A stretch of 64,000 nt of DNA from Callorhinchus milii. Its lineage: Eukaryota. Position numbers and translations under genes: made by a program. Below the pieces are notes generated by a model that did not search any database, was not told where the DNA came from, and saw only the letters and a list, made by a program, of their open reading frames with translations. Of the stretch, positions 1-13,301 are shown piece after piece (position 1 is the stretch's first letter; every line of letters begins with the position of its first letter). Location: the NCBI RefSeq assembly GCF_018977255.1, contig NW_024704742.1:105898001-105962000 (forward strand). The letters run 5' to 3'.

Positions 1-575
1 GGCACGTGTGCTGTTGGTGGAGAGGTCACTGTTGGTGGTGCGGGTGCTGTTGGTGGAGAGGTCACTGTTGGTGGCTCAAGCGCTGTTGGTGGCATGGGCA
101 CTGTTGGTGTCGCGGGCGCTGTTGGTGGTGCAGGCGCTGTTGGTGGCGCGGGCGCTGTTGGTGGAGAGGTCACTGTTGGTGGCACGGGCGCTGTTGGTGG
201 CGCGTGCACTGTTGGTGGAGAGGTCACTGTTGGTGGCGCGGGTGCTGTTAGTGGCGCGGGTGATGTTGGTGGCGCGGGTGATGTTGGTGGCGCGGGCGGT
301 GTTGATCACGCGGGTGCTGTTGGTGGAGAGGTCGCTGTTGGTGGCGCGGGTGCTGTTGGTGGAGGGGGTGCTGTTGGTGGAGAGGTCTTTGTTGGTGGCG
401 CGGGCGCTGTTGGTGGCGCGGGCACTGTTGGTGGCGTGGGCGCTGTTGGTGGCATGGGCGCGGTTGGTGGCGCAGGTGCTGTTGGTTGTGCGGGCGCTGT
501 TGGTGGCACGGGCGCTGTCGGTGGCGCAGGCGCTGTTGGTGGCGCGGTTGCTGTTGGTGGCGTGGGCGCTGTAGG
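1..575. repeat. 18-bp GC-rich minisatellite (consensus GGCGCGGGCGCTGTTGGT, variant unit GGAGAGGTCACTGTTGGT), runs off the window start
   Basis: About 30 tandem 18-nt units; the six frames give hexapeptide repeats (GAVGGA, ALLVAR, RCWWRG, ATNSAR, PPTAPA, HQQRPR). Confidence 0.95.
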
Positions 576-817
576 TGTGGACCAGCGGAGGTGGTGAGTT
601 CCTCACGAGTCCCTCCGCACCGCACCAGATAGCCTTGGGCCCTGCACTGGGACTTGTCGCTGCTCGGAGTGTCTAATTCTGCTCCAGTGAGTTCCACAGA
701 CCTCGAGGCAGCTTCATGGTGGGTTCTTCCACCTCAATGAGCTACAATGAGACACTTTATGGATGGAAATACATTCTAATGAGTGCTGAGACATGACATC
801 ATATGTAAGTGGCATCA

Positions 818-1050
818 AACAACAACAACTACAAAATGACATTTGTAAAGTGCCTTTCACATCGGGAGGACGTCCCAAGGCGCTGAACATTCGGGGGATC
901 AGGACCCGAGAGTGACGGGGGGAGAGTTGGGATGATGGAGGGCAGAGAGTTGAAAGGAGGGTTTTGAGTCGTATCTTGAAGGAGGCGAGGGAGGGAGCAA
1001 GGCAGAGGGATTGTGTGTGATGGAAAGGATGCAAAACAGGGGTGAGACAC
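818..1050 (-). mobile_element. L2 LINE 3' fragment
   Basis: (GTT)n-type tail, GGGACGTCCTCCCGATGTGAAAGG tail motif, C-terminal L2 peptide SLASFKIRLKTLL. Confidence 0.85.
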
Positions 1051-1199
1051 AAACTTGTGTTGTTTGTAAAAGTCAAATGAGTTATTAAAATACACAAAAC
1101 ATCTCATGGAAGTAAATTTGTCATTTCCAACCTGGCTTGCAACGTTATTTGAAGAAAGTTTAAAAAATATTCTGGAAGTATTAATGATTCTTGCATGTG

Positions 1200-1460
1200 A
1201 TTTAGTATCTTATCACATTGTTGAAATGTTTCTGAGCTTCCCGGAATTTACTGTAAAATGTATATCTGCAAGCAGACAGAGCAGACAATTTTGCAAACAG
1301 CAATGTTCACAAACAGCCATGAAATGAACGACCAATTTTACCTGGAGCATTGTTAGCCAGGATACTGAGGCAAACTCCCTTCTATTTTTGAATTGTGCTG
1401 CGGGATCTTTAATATCCACTTGATCAGGAGATGCGATCTTGGGTTAAAGTCTCATCCAGA
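1200..1460 (-). mobile_element. Old Deu-domain SINE fragment
   Basis: Reverse complement contains GGATATTAAAGATCCCGCAGCAC...GGGAGTT...TCCTGGCTAAC and the ATGGCTGTTTGTG block shared with other copies. Confidence 0.7.
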
Positions 1461-2879
1461 GGATTACTAATAAAAGGGTGTCAAGACAGGTAACAATGGC
1501 ACAGACTCAAAGGGCCCAACATCATTGTTTTATGGTGAATATTTCTGTTTCTAATAAACTTGTCCAGTTCAGTTGAATGAGGCAACAGCCAGGAATTTAT
1601 TGGTTCAAGTTCAAATTTGGTTCCGTTGTCTTATAAAATTTTAGATTTCTCTTTTTTTAACAAATATGATCCCAAACATGAAAACTGTGGGTGCTGAGCC
1701 ATGTTTTCTTTTAAGTTAGCACAACATTTTCAGTGGTTCAGTTTTGCTTTCACAATTGATGGATTTGAGTCTGGTTGGGTGAACAGAAATGCATAAGAAA
1801 TTCCCAACTAAGGTCACTTCAGTCTATCCCAGTCATAGGTTGATGTGTTTGTTATTGAACTAAAAGCAACCAGAAATTGTTGAATGTCCTAGCTGTCAGC
1901 TGCTTTGAGGATAATTCTTTGTAATTGAGACATTGATCTGGGAATTTGGCCAGAGGAGTCACTAGGTACAAGAAGATGTGTCATTGTCCTATCTATTACC
2001 AAGAGTTACAATGCTGTTATTATACTGTACACCACAATGGTATATTTTGGAAGGTAACCAACAGAAGTGCTTAGGAACAGCATCTATTGTAAGAATTATT
2101 CTGTCATCCAAAAGGAACATTCAAAACAAATGAAACGTGCCAAAGAATAGCCAACGATGCACTCATTAGATTGTGCATGCTCTGCCCTTTTCACACATGG
2201 GTTGCTAGTGCCATTGTTATGTAATCATCCTGATCTCTGCTAGGAATTACCTACAATAGTTCCCATCAATTATCTTAAACTGTTAATTAATCAAATGTAG
2301 AGCAGCACAACAGGAACTTTTGACCCAAAAACTACTGAGACTCTTTCATCCAGCTTGCTCATCATTTAAAGGAACTGAACAGTTCATGACAGCGGGATAA
2401 GATGGGTAATGTCCTGCTTGTTGTTAAGAACCATACAGACTTACAGCACAGAAAACAGGCATTTTGAAAAGGCAATTATCCAACCACTACAAATGAGTCC
2501 TTTTTAGAAATTATAATGAAAATAATTCTTGCAGTTGACATAGTGTCTTGTCACATCGTCAGGATGTCTCAAAATGCTTCACAGGATTTACTGTAAAATG
2601 TAGCCTGTAAATGTAAACTCTCTTCTCTTTTTTAACATTGGGATCGTTAACATTCATCTGAAAAGAGGGATTGGATCTTGCTTCAATGTTTCATCTGAAG
2701 GATGGCACCTCCAACATGGAGTGGATTCCCAGAATGTCAGCCTAAACTGAGTCCATCTAATTCTCTTTTGGAAGCTAATATGGATTCTGCCTTAGCCACT
2801 GTACCTGGCAGCACATTCCACATTTCACTGTTCAACAAAATCCTTCTAATCCCCCCTTAGCTATTTAAAATAATATAGC

Positions 2880-3050
2880 TAATAATACTTGCATTTGATA
2901 TAGGCCCTCATTAGGTCATTGAGATGTCTCAAAGCGCTTCACAGACTATACTGTGAAGTGAATTGATTGTATATTTTGTGAGCAAAACTCAACAGACAAT
3001 TGTGCACAACAGTGTCCCACAAACAATCGCGGATTGAGTGACCAAAGATA
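2880..3050 (-). mobile_element. SINE 3' fragment (Deu/L2-tail family)
   Basis: TTGCATTTGATATAG...AAAGCGCTTCACAG...GTGTCCCACAAACA matches the minus-strand SINE copies. Confidence 0.75.
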
Positions 3051-3149
3051 AAATGGTGTCACAAACAGGGCAAGAGCAGGGGAAGAACTCTTTAATTATT
3101 ATGGAAGAGTTATGATATATGTGGTGTGTGCTTAGAATGGGATTTATAA

Positions 3150-3710
3150 AGAATCATAGAATCATAGGATCATGGAACAGCACAGAAGGAGACCATTCAT
3201 TTGGAAGAGCTACCCAATCAGTCCCACTCCCCTGCTCTATCCCCATATCCTTGCAAATATTTCCATTTCAAGTACCTAACTAATTCCCTTTAGAAAGTTG
3301 TTATTGAATCTGTTTCCACCACCCTTTCAGGCAGTGCATTCCAGACCGTAACAATTCTCTGTGTAAAAAAAATCTCCTTATTTCCCCTCTGGTTCTTTTG
3401 CCGATTATCTTAAATCTATATGCCCTGGTTACTGACCCACCGGCCAGTGGAAATAGTTTCTCCCTATCTACTCTATGAAAACCCCTCATTATTTTGAACA
3501 CCTTTATTAAATCTTCCCTTAACCTTCTCTGCTCTAAGGAGAACAATACCAGCCTATCTAGTCTCTCCACATAATGAAAGTTCCTCATCCCTGGTACTAT
3601 TTTGGTAAATTTCCTCTGCACCTTCACCAAGGCCTTGATATCCTTCCTAAAGTGTGGTGTTCAAAATTGGGCACAATACTCTAACTGAGGTCAACCAGTG
3701 ACTTATAAAG
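3150..3710 (-). mobile_element. CR1 LINE 3' fragment
   Basis: ORF 3301-3630 with CR1 C-terminal motifs (VQRKFTKIVPGM..LFSLEQRRLREDLIKVFKI); ATTCTATG-type 3' repeats at 3150-3175. Confidence 0.9.
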
Positions 3711-4369
3711 TCTACATCTACAGAGATCTACAGTAGTTACCAAAATGTTCTGCTCTCTCCCTTTCTCACCATTCAATTATTTAGCTATTTTCCATAACCT
3801 AGCTTGTTTATTGGCTATTCTTGGTACTATACTGTGACCCTCAATCATTGATCTGATTTCTCAAGAGGAAAAATAAGATATTAAGGAATTATAATTGGAT
3901 AATGGTCTCTCCAAAGAATTTTCACTATCTTTGTTTTATTTCTAATAAACCCACTGTATGAAGTGATTTATATCTATTTAGTTACTGAGAACTGTATTAT
4001 TCCAAAGTTCATTGATTAATTTAAACATTGATGTTACTGTGGGCTGTTTTGAGGCACTTGGATGCAAATCACCTGAAGACAAATAGAGAACATGTCAAAT
4101 TAACCCGGAATGTAGCCAGAGTATTGAAAAATCATTTTCTTCACAATAAAATGTAAAGCATTCATACCATAAAATTAATTGCTGCAGATTTCTTCCTCCT
4201 TTTGCAACAGATCTAGATAAATGGAATAACATCAGTGCTTGCCTGCAACACATAAACAAGTAAATGCCTAAACAAACAAACAAACAAATAAATAAATAAA
4301 TGAATTGTACTGTATTTAATAGACAAAACCAGATATAATGCTGAAGATTAAAAGATCTGACATAATCCA

Positions 4370-4810
4370 AACAACAACAACAACAACAAGATTCCATTTA
4401 TAGAGTGCCTTTCACGTCGGGGGGATGTCCCAAGGCGCTGATTTACATTTATTTAATGCCTTTCACATCAGGAAGATATCTCAAAAAGTTTCATGTAGGC
4501 TGGCTGGCCATCCAAGCTGGGTTGGGGGGTTGCACTGAAGTGGGTGGGGGGGGTGGGGTGGGTGAAGGGGGAGGGGGAAAGATGATCGAATGTGTGATCA
4601 AAGAGCAAAGTCTTGAAGCAGACTCTGAATGTGAGGCGGAAGAGATGGGACAAGGCGGAGAGACTCTGCAATGGAATTCCACAGAGCAGGGGAACAATAT
4701 CCGAAAGCTCGCCCACTGATAGTGGGGCAGATCAGGTAAGGGATAGTGCACTGAGGGAAGGGAGTGGTCTGGTTGATAGGGTTGCAGCAGGTCAGGTGAG
4801 GTGCTTGCTC
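4370..4810 (-). mobile_element. Two stacked L2 3' ends (short young tail 4370-4440 next to an older fragment)
   Basis: (CAA)n then GCCTTTCACGTCGGGGGGATGTCCCAAGGCGCTG, then a second GCCTTTCACATCAGGAAGATATCTC tail and an L2-like FKTLLFDHTF frame. Confidence 0.7.
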
Positions 4811-5764
4811 GTAAATTTACTGAGCTTTGGCAGAATGTGTTTATAATGGGATAAGTGCACACCACCAAACAACAATAAATGTAATGACAGGGGGGAGAAA
4901 TGAACCTCTAAGCTCCTACACCTCTAAGTGTAGGAGAATGATCCCAAACATTAACAAATAAAATCTTTCAGTAGTGAACTAATTACAACCATGTAATGAT
5001 GTCAATTCAACATGGATATGTCGTGGACAGGTAAGGTTTGAAGGATGTTTAACATGATGTCATCAAGTTCTAATTAAATCTCAGCTACTCACCAGTTTAT
5101 TTGCACAAATTATGTCTACATGAAATATGAAAAGCAGAAAGTCACTTATATAAGATGCCTGGGCCAGAACAAGGTTATATTTCATAATGAAATGCATCAA
5201 TTCCGTTATACTACAAGGAAGTCATAAACAAGTCCAATGCGTGTCTCTTGAAATTTGACGGTGACCTATAATGTTCTCTTCCTTTATAAATAACTCATAC
5301 CATTTTCACTGTAACAGATATTGAAAAGCCTACTTGAATGGAAATAGATTGCATTCCAATCTCCATAAAACCTAGGTGAACACTAATGCAGAATAACTTA
5401 TGCCTGTCCAGATGCTTAGCCTGCTGAGACAGATATTCTAATGGAGAAAGCCTACAGAATCCTATAATAGATCAACCAGCCTGTGACAGGCTAGTGACTG
5501 GAAACACAAGTCACTGGGTCTACGTTAATTGAAATCATACCTGAATAAAAATAAATACAGGCCAAATATTGATGACTGTAGTCCCCCAAAGCAACATCTC
5601 TCAGTGACTGTGTCTTCTTTCATTTTTAAAATATTTATTTTATATTATTTGCTCGTTGCTCTCAGATTGAATTATCAGTATGTGGGCATGAAGCTTTCGT
5701 GCAGGCGTAATGGAAAGTTCAGAAAGACAAATAATGCAGCCAGATTCCGAATCTAACTACGTTA

Positions 5765-7390
5765 ATAGGAACATAAAACATAGAAACAGGATTAGGCCAT
5801 TCAGCCCCTCGAGCCTGTTCCACCATTCTATAAGATCATGGCTGATTTGTACCTGAAGTCCAATTACCTGCCCTTGCCCCGTATCCCTTAATACCCTGAC
5901 CTAACAAATATCTAGCCACCTCAGTCTTGAAAATGTGAATAGATCCAGCATCCACAGCCTTCTGGGGGAGAGAGTTCCATATTTCGACTACTCTTTGGGT
6001 AAAAAACTGCCTGCTAATTTCACTCCTAAATGACCTAGCTTTAATTTTAAGATTATGCTCTCTTGTTTTGGATTCCCCTAACAGAGGAAATAGTTTTTCT
6101 GTATCTACCCTATTCAATTCCTTTATTATTTTAAAAACCTCAATTGGATCACCCCTCAATCTTCTAAACTGAAGGGAATAGCAACCAAATTTATGCAACC
6201 TGTCCTCATAAATGGACCCTTTAAGCCCTGGTATAATTCTGGTGAATCTGCATTGCACCCCCTTCAGAGCCAATATATCCTTCCTGACTTGCAGTGCCCA
6301 AAACTGAACGCAGTACTCCAGCTGGGGTTTGACCAAGGTTCTGTATAGTTGAAGCATAATTTCCTCTTCTTTGGTATTCCAGCCTCCTTGAGTTAAAGAC
6401 CCTCATCCCATTAGCCTTTTTGATAACCTTTTATACCTGTGAACTTGTTTTAGTGATTTGTGTGTGTGGACACCCAAATCCCTTTGTTCTTCCACAGTTC
6501 TTAGTTTCTCACCATCTAGAAAATATTCTGTTTTGCTACTTTGCATCATCTGCAAATTTTGATATAAAACTGTATTCCTTCATCCAAGTCATTTATAAAT
6601 ATGGTGAAAAGCTGAGGTCCCAGTACAGCCCCCTGGTGAACACTACTTGTTACGTCCCGCCGATCACAGAATGTTCCTTTCATCCCTACTCTCTGTTTCC
6701 TGCCTCCCAGCCAATTACCAAAAAATTCAATTAATTCATCAGACGTGATCTACTCTTCACAAATCCATGTTGACTCTCTTTGATTAGCTCATACTTGTCC
6801 AAGTGCTCAGTCACTCTGTCCCTAATATGAGATTCCAGTAACTTCCCCACAACTGAAGTTAAGCTGACAGGTCTGTAGTTACCTGGTTTCTCCCTCCCTC
6901 CCTTCTTAAATAATGGAGTGACATTTGCAATTCTCCAATCCAAGGGCACAACAACAGCAAAATTACATTTATAGAGCGCCTTTCATGTTGGGAGGATGTC
7001 CCAAGGTGCTGGACAATCAGGACCCGAGCATGGGGGAGGGGTGGGGTAGGGGTGAGGGAAGGCAGAGAGCTGGGAGGGTGACTGAAGGCACGATTGAAGA
7101 ATATAGAATATAGAGAGCTTTGGAAAATTATAATGAACGCACCTACAATTTCCTCCTCTACTTTAGTGTTTAGTCCCATTATTTTCTACATGACCATTTT
7201 CTAAAATTTATATTAAATCCATTCAGTAATTCTCTTTGTCTCATTTTTAGGTTTCTTTGTATCGCTGGTATTTTGTCCTCTCCCTCTACTGTGAAAATGG
7301 AAGCAAAGTATTTATTTGACAAGCCTGCCATTTCCTTATTGTCCATTATAGTCTCATCTATGTCTACCTTTAATGGGCCATCTCGACCCA
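5765..7390 (-). mobile_element. CR1 LINE ORF2 fragment with internal deletions, interrupted by an L2 tail
   Basis: ORFs with WRIANVTPLFKKGGREKPGNYRPVSLTSVVGKLLE and LYRTLVKPQLEYCVQFW motifs. Confidence 0.92.
6947..7100 (-). mobile_element. L2 3' fragment nested in CR1
   Basis: (CAA)n tail plus GGGAGGATGTCCCAAGGTGCTGGACA; CR1 sequence on both sides. Confidence 0.85.
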
Positions 7391-8669
7391 TACTTTAGGG
7401 ATAACTGGAATTTTAACAATATGATAATCATCACGTCACACATCGTCTTTTTCATCAACTAGATTTATCACATTAAAATCATATGGCATGGGGTGGTGTG
7501 GGGTGTGGGGCTTCTCTGATGCTCTCGCCTCTGTGGTAGGTTGTGGAATCCCATAATGGCTAGCTCGCTTGCCTTGCAAGCGAGAGGACACGGATTCGAT
7601 TCCCCTGTTGATTTTATTAAAAACGTAAAAATTGTTTTGGTCAGCTGGATGTCTGACACATACGGAAAGCCAATGCCATGTTTAACAGTTCAAACTGAGA
7701 GATGCATGCATGCCACCTACATACGGAAATTTCTGAGAATTGCAATGTAAATGTGAAATAAAAATCCTTAAGACAGAATAAGCAGTATGTAAGAGACTTG
7801 AATTGCAACACAAAAGGGCCCTGCAGAAGAAAAGAAAATCAAAGTTATTTAAAATTTTCAGAAGATTGAAGACTGTATAGTTCTATTGTTCTTCTGCTTA
7901 TAATAATGGAACAAAATCCATAGCCTACAGAAGGATTTGAATGCCATCTATTATACTAAACGACAACTTTCAAGAACAGACTGATTTTAACTAGATAGCT
8001 TTTATCAAAGCAGATTTGTATGACCTTTTATTAATAAGAAGAATCTTTGTTCTGCAGCAGAAGGTATGTACATTTCTCAACAAGTTGTTAATAATAAAAA
8101 TTGAATCTACTGCTATCTAACAAGGCTGGTTTAGCAAGTTACACCGCATGATTGGTAATGTAGATAACACATTTTAACTCTTTGTTCTGCAGCTAAAATT
8201 TTTATGCAGGATTTTACTGAATAAAAGGTTTGTCACTTTAATAAACTTTTCTCTGAGGTACAATTGTCCGGCTGTTAGAGCATGAAACAGATGAACGAAC
8301 AAGTCTAGGCTTGATGGCATAGTTAGCTTGAATGTGAATCGCCCCTGAGCCCATTAAATCCAATGTACAAATCAATTCTTAAATCCTTCACTCGCTTCAC
8401 ATGTACTATCCAACTCCCTATCCCTTTGCGTGATCTATTTTCAACTCATGTGCGAGAATAACTGCAGACTCCACCCCACCATCACAGCCCTATTATTGCA
8501 CTGCCACAGCTTCTATCTCCTACCATCAGAGTGTCAGCTTCTGATGTTGCACTGTGATTGCTACTAGCAGTCATTGCCTTCCAGTCTTTTTCCCGAGAAA
8601 TCTCAACTTCCAGGTCCTAACTATGACTCACCTGTTTACCATTCTTTTAATAATGCTTACATTTGATAT

Positions 8670-9030
8670 AACACCTTTTGTGCTCAAAATGCTTCTGAGG
8701 ATGTACTGGCGAATGCAGCAACCAATTTGCAAACAGCTAATGTCCCCCAAATAGCTTTGAAGCAATTTTATCTGAGGGATAGTTGGCCAGGATACTGGTA
8801 AATACTCCCTTCTTTTTTGAAAAGTGCCAAGGGATTTATAACGTCCACCTGAACAGACAGAGGGGACTCCAGTTTAATGTCTAATCTGAACGATAGCAAC
8901 GCAACACAGCACCAACACTGAATTATGTCAGGTCAGATTATATAATTTCCAAGTCCTAACGTGGGGCTTGAAGACAAAACCCTCTGACTCAGCGGCTATA
9001 ATACTACCACCTAAACCAGGCTGACTCACT
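8670..9030 (-). mobile_element. Old Deu-domain SINE
   Basis: TTGGCCAGGATAC...GGGATTTATAACGTCCACCTGAACAGACA... and a decayed tRNA-like head near 8960-9025. Confidence 0.7.
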
Positions 9031-9157
9031 GAACACATTGGCGAATCAATAGCAATGGTGTCAAAGATTTAAATTAATTCTGTCTTATAAATCTCCCAAT
9101 ACGAAACTACAATACATGTAGTTTCATACAAAATGCAAATTCTAATTGGGGATGTAC

Positions 9158-9828
9158 AATAACAACAACAACAACTTGGATTTATATAGCACCCTCCACG
9201 CCGGATGGCGTCTCAGAGCGCTTCACAGCCATGGATCCCGGGACCGAGCCAGGGGGAGGGGAGGAAGGTGACCAAAGGCACGGTTGAAAAGAAAGGTCTT
9301 CAGCAGAGACCTGAAAATAGGAAGGGAGTTCCAGAGCCTCGGGGCATAGTGACTGAAGGCACGGCCGCCGAGGGTGGAGAGGAGGATTCGGGGACAAGGA
9401 GGAATGAAAGCAACGGGTACTGTTTTGAGGAGAGAGGAGGTCAGAGAGGTAGGGGTTTGCAGAGGAGTGCAGGGACTTGAATATGAGGGTGAGGATCTTG
9501 AAATCGATCCTCTCTGGGATAGGCAGCCAGTGCAGTCTGGCAAGGACTGGGGTAATCGGGGAGCGGAGTTTGGTGCAGGTGAGAATGCGGGCGGCAGAGT
9601 TTTGAATGATTTGGATTTTGTGGATGGTAGTGGATGGGAGACCGGCGAGGAGGGTGTTAGAGTAGTCCAGCTGAGAGGTGACAAAGGCATGGACCAGGGT
9701 TTCAGTGGCTTTTGGAGTGAGGTATTGGCAGAGACGGGCGATGCATCGGAGGTGGAAGAAAGCGGTACTGGTGAAGGGACTGGATATGGGGGAGGAAGGA
9801 TAATTGGGGGTTGAACCTAACGCCTAGT
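9158..9828 (-). mobile_element. L2 LINE 3' fragment (second tail type, ...GGGTGCTATATAAATCCAAG(TTG)n)
   Basis: Peptide LGGRAFSHYAPRLWNSLP..LKTFLFNRAF in ORF 9223-9690. Confidence 0.9.
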
Positions 9829-11254
9829 ATAAAAAATCAAGCAAGCAAGTTTAACAGGAAATCAGTATCATAGGTGTTGAAGCAGCTGTTATTTTCTGAA
9901 CAAAATAGGCCCAAATTCTTAACCTACAAAGACATTTTGACTTAAAATTAAAAATTGGGAAGAATTATGGAAAATTTAAAAATTGAATCTCAATTTAGAA
10001 TTTTCCACTTTTTGGGACATCTTAAATTTTAAGATAAATGGTCTCACAGTTCTAGTCAGTGGGATTTCAGACCTTGAATTTGTATCTTATACACAGCTGT
10101 AGACTTGATTAACTTTTATCAATTTTTCTAGATACATAATAATAATATCCCTGTTTTTGATATAGCGCTTTTCATGTCTTCTAGGCAGAATATTTTCACG
10201 TCTTCTCACAGAATATGCTGTAAAGTGAATTGACTGTATATTTGTGGGCGATACAGGTAACTTAACACTATTTAAAGATGTTACAGTACATTAATGAATC
10301 TCAAATGATAAGTTCTGTTCTTGACTAAATTGTCAGGAGGATAATTTAGCCAAGAACAGAAGAAGCAAGAACTTGAATTTTAATAGCACCTTTTATCACA
10401 TTGAAACATTTCAAAGTGCTCTACAGGAATTATTGTCAAGTGTAGTGATTGTTGTTGTAGGCAAATTAAGCACTATTTTGCAGACAAGGTCCGACACACA
10501 GCATGAAGTGAAGGCAAATGTATCTGGAACACAATGGAACAAACTTCCTTTTTGTTTCGAATAATCTCTTGGAATATTTAACATCAATTTAAATACCCAG
10601 CAGATGGGATCTTGTTTTAATGTCTAATCCTACTGCAATGTGGGCCTTGAGCTCACAACATTCTACAAAGAGGCAAATTAACCCTTTGGAGGCCAAGTAT
10701 TCCCCATTGAAAGCCAGGCAAAATATGTATTTCTTCTATTTCAAACCACATACCTGTTGAGTCAAAATTAGCACTGGGGGTTGCTGGAGAGCAGATTGTC
10801 TATCTAACCTCTTGATCAGAGGAAAGCAATAATGAGATCTCGAAGAGTGTGAGAAAAATACCACAAAAGTGACAAATGTATGTTTTTGAATTCTGCTTAA
10901 AAATGACAAATGTCCTTAGTTTGCTTATCAAGATAATCTTCCGCTTAGTGTATTAAACTGGGTGCAGCTGCCCAACTAAGAACTCTGTTTTGTGATAGCA
11001 CATTTTTTCACTGTATGGTTGGGGAGATATCTGCCTTCTCTGCAATTGCACACTGACTCCAATGTGAACAGATTTTCCAGTAAAGCATGATCCCAAGTGA
11101 TACGCATTACCTAGACTGCTGGGTTGCAAAATGCTATAGCAATCAAGTGCTCAGAATAATATGTCCCACTTGAGACTAGTTTACTGTGATGGGATCTGTA
11201 TATAATTGAGACAAGATTGAATTAGAAAATATATTGTGAAACTTTTTGCAGTGT

Positions 11255-11645
11255 GTCAGCCTGGCTCAGTTAGTCCTGAGTTAGCAGGTTGTGGGTTCAA
11301 GCTCCACATCAGGACTTTGAACTCATAGAGTCTAGGATGACATTCCATTGCAGAGCTGGGGGTGTGTTGCATTGTTGGGAGTGTCGTTCTTTGGAATAAA
11401 TGTTAAACCGAGGTCCCATCTGATTGCATAGATGGATGTTAAGGATTCCATGCCACTATTTGAAACGAGAATGGAGTTTCTCTTGGTGTCCTGGCCAACA
11501 ATGCCCCACTAAAATTGTTTTTTTGTCTGTTTGTGAGGCATTGCTTTAGGCAAATTAGCTGTCACGTTTTGGCTACATTATATTTTGTGAAACACTTTGA
11601 GACGTCCATTTGACATGAAAGCGCTATACAAAATGTAAAGATTTT
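11255..11645 (+). mobile_element. Old full-length Deu-domain SINE (SacSINE1/AmnSINE1-like)
   Basis: tRNA-like head (GGCTCAGTTAG..GGGTTCAAGCTCC), GGATGTTAAGGATTCCATGCCACTATTTG..GGTGTCCTGGCCAAC central block, L2-type tail. Confidence 0.8.
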
Positions 11646-12789
11646 TATTAAATTGCAGTTTAGATCACTCTTTAGAGATAGTTTCTAAGTGGTTTTCAGT
11701 GATGGGTCAGCCAGACGAATAACACTGCGATGTTACATTTTTACAGATGTTACTTTTCTTAATATATTTGAACGTCCTAAAATAACTACTTTCTGCAGTA
11801 GGTAGACATTTTGTGCACCAGGTATCTTGTCAAGTAATTTCTGAATTATCTTATTAAGATTCCCAGTTGCACCAATGATTATAGGAACTATGCTTGTCCT
11901 GTACTGCCACATGTGTGTGCGTTCAATTTGTAGGTCAAATTACTTGCTTATCTTCACTAGCTCTTTATTTTGTATGTTGTAGTCAATTAGAATGGCCATT
12001 GCAATGATTCTTCAGGTACAATCTAGTTCTGTTAATAACTGGTTTATTACAGATTACTATTCCACCTGATTAGACTTGTGAATCCCAGATTATTGTGATG
12101 ATATCTTTTGATGTCACTTTTGCTAGTTGATGTTCATACCAGTTGGTCTTTACATCAATATCAGAGTGTTCACAAATTGTCCAGTGTTCATATTCAGCTA
12201 CAGTGTTATCTTGGATCAGATGCTCTGATTATGTTAGGGCCGGACATGATGACAATATGTGGTCTCCTGTTTCTCATGCTTGACAGCATATTCGGCATTT
12301 CAGATGCATATTTTTCTTCAAAATCTTATTTTCAAATTAAGGAGTAGATTGATCTTGTGCTGATATTATGAGAGCTTCTGTTTTGGCTCTCAGATGCCTG
12401 TTAGTCAACGAGCTGTAGCTTTGATTCACATCTAGGGCTTGTACTTTCATTTATCTTGGAAATTATTATTATTTCCCGCAATTTAAGGTGCAAAATGGGC
12501 CAGCTGGATCAGTCCAGAGAGCATCTGAATTGGAAAATCAAATGAACATTAGCCTAACTGATAATCTTGAATGAGAGACTTATAAATAACCAAAGACAAA
12601 TAACAATGAGATAATCAACAATAAGCTTTGTGGAAAATATTTTCCTACAGTAACAACTTGCATTTATGTAGCACCTTTCATGTAGAATATTGACTCAGAA
12701 CTCTTTACAAGGGTGGGGTTGGATGCTGAGTGGGGAAAGGGAAGAGAGGGGGCTATAGCTAGGATTGAAAAGATAGGATATTTCCCATT

Positions 12790-12825
12790 GATACTCTAGG
12801 CTGATACTCTAGGCTGATACTCTAG
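12790..12825. repeat. 13-bp tandem repeat (CTGATACTCTAGG) x~3
   Basis: Directly visible. Confidence 0.85.
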
Positions 12826-13301
12826 TGTAGTGCTGGGGGAGTCTGCAATGCCAAAGTTCTGTCATTTGGATTAGACAGCACTTAAAGACAGAAAGAGTGG
12901 GGTGGGGTGGGGGGGCAAGACAGACTGGTAGAGGAGCAAAAGGCTTGGCCATAGCGACTGATGCAGAGATTTTGGACCACAACAGCGGCATCTTCAGGTG
13001 TGCGGAGAACATATTCTGGTAGCAGCAAAAGCCATGCACTGCCAATGATTTCTCAGATATCCATCTTCACTTAGAGACAGACAGTGCTGTGCCTGACATG
13101 GCACTGACATATGTCTTAGCATCAGTGATATTTCATTACTTCCAGTGATTTAAATATCACATCATTATTTGAGCCTATCCCCACTGAGATATTTCTTACC
13201 ACAATGCTCTTCAAAAGAAAACAATATGATGAAAACAATACTATAATGCTTGCATTTGATACAGCGCCTTTCGGACAGATTAATGTCTCAAAGCACTTTC
13301 G

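Noticed and set aside
248..697. 149-aa His/Gln/Arg/Pro-repeat ORF, and the PPTAPA mucin-like frame (306-509)
   Set aside because: Alternative frames of the minisatellite, non-ATG starts, and each is cut by a stop inside the array
7545..7610. tRNA-Ala(TGC)-like segment; similar heads at 13302, 26937, 62655 and a decayed one at about 38640-38705
   Set aside because: No acceptor stem pairing evident; these are SINE heads or decayed relics, not tRNA genes
8058..8063. Possible 6-nt microexon (TTGTTCTGCAG-CAGAAG-GTATGT)
   Set aside because: Short pyrimidine tract, no host gene identified; such motifs arise by chance
9374..9814. Gly/Glu-rich ORFs antisense to L2 (also 27558-27857, 41118-41472, 42553-43249)
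   Set aside because: Shadow ORFs of C-rich L2 coding sequence
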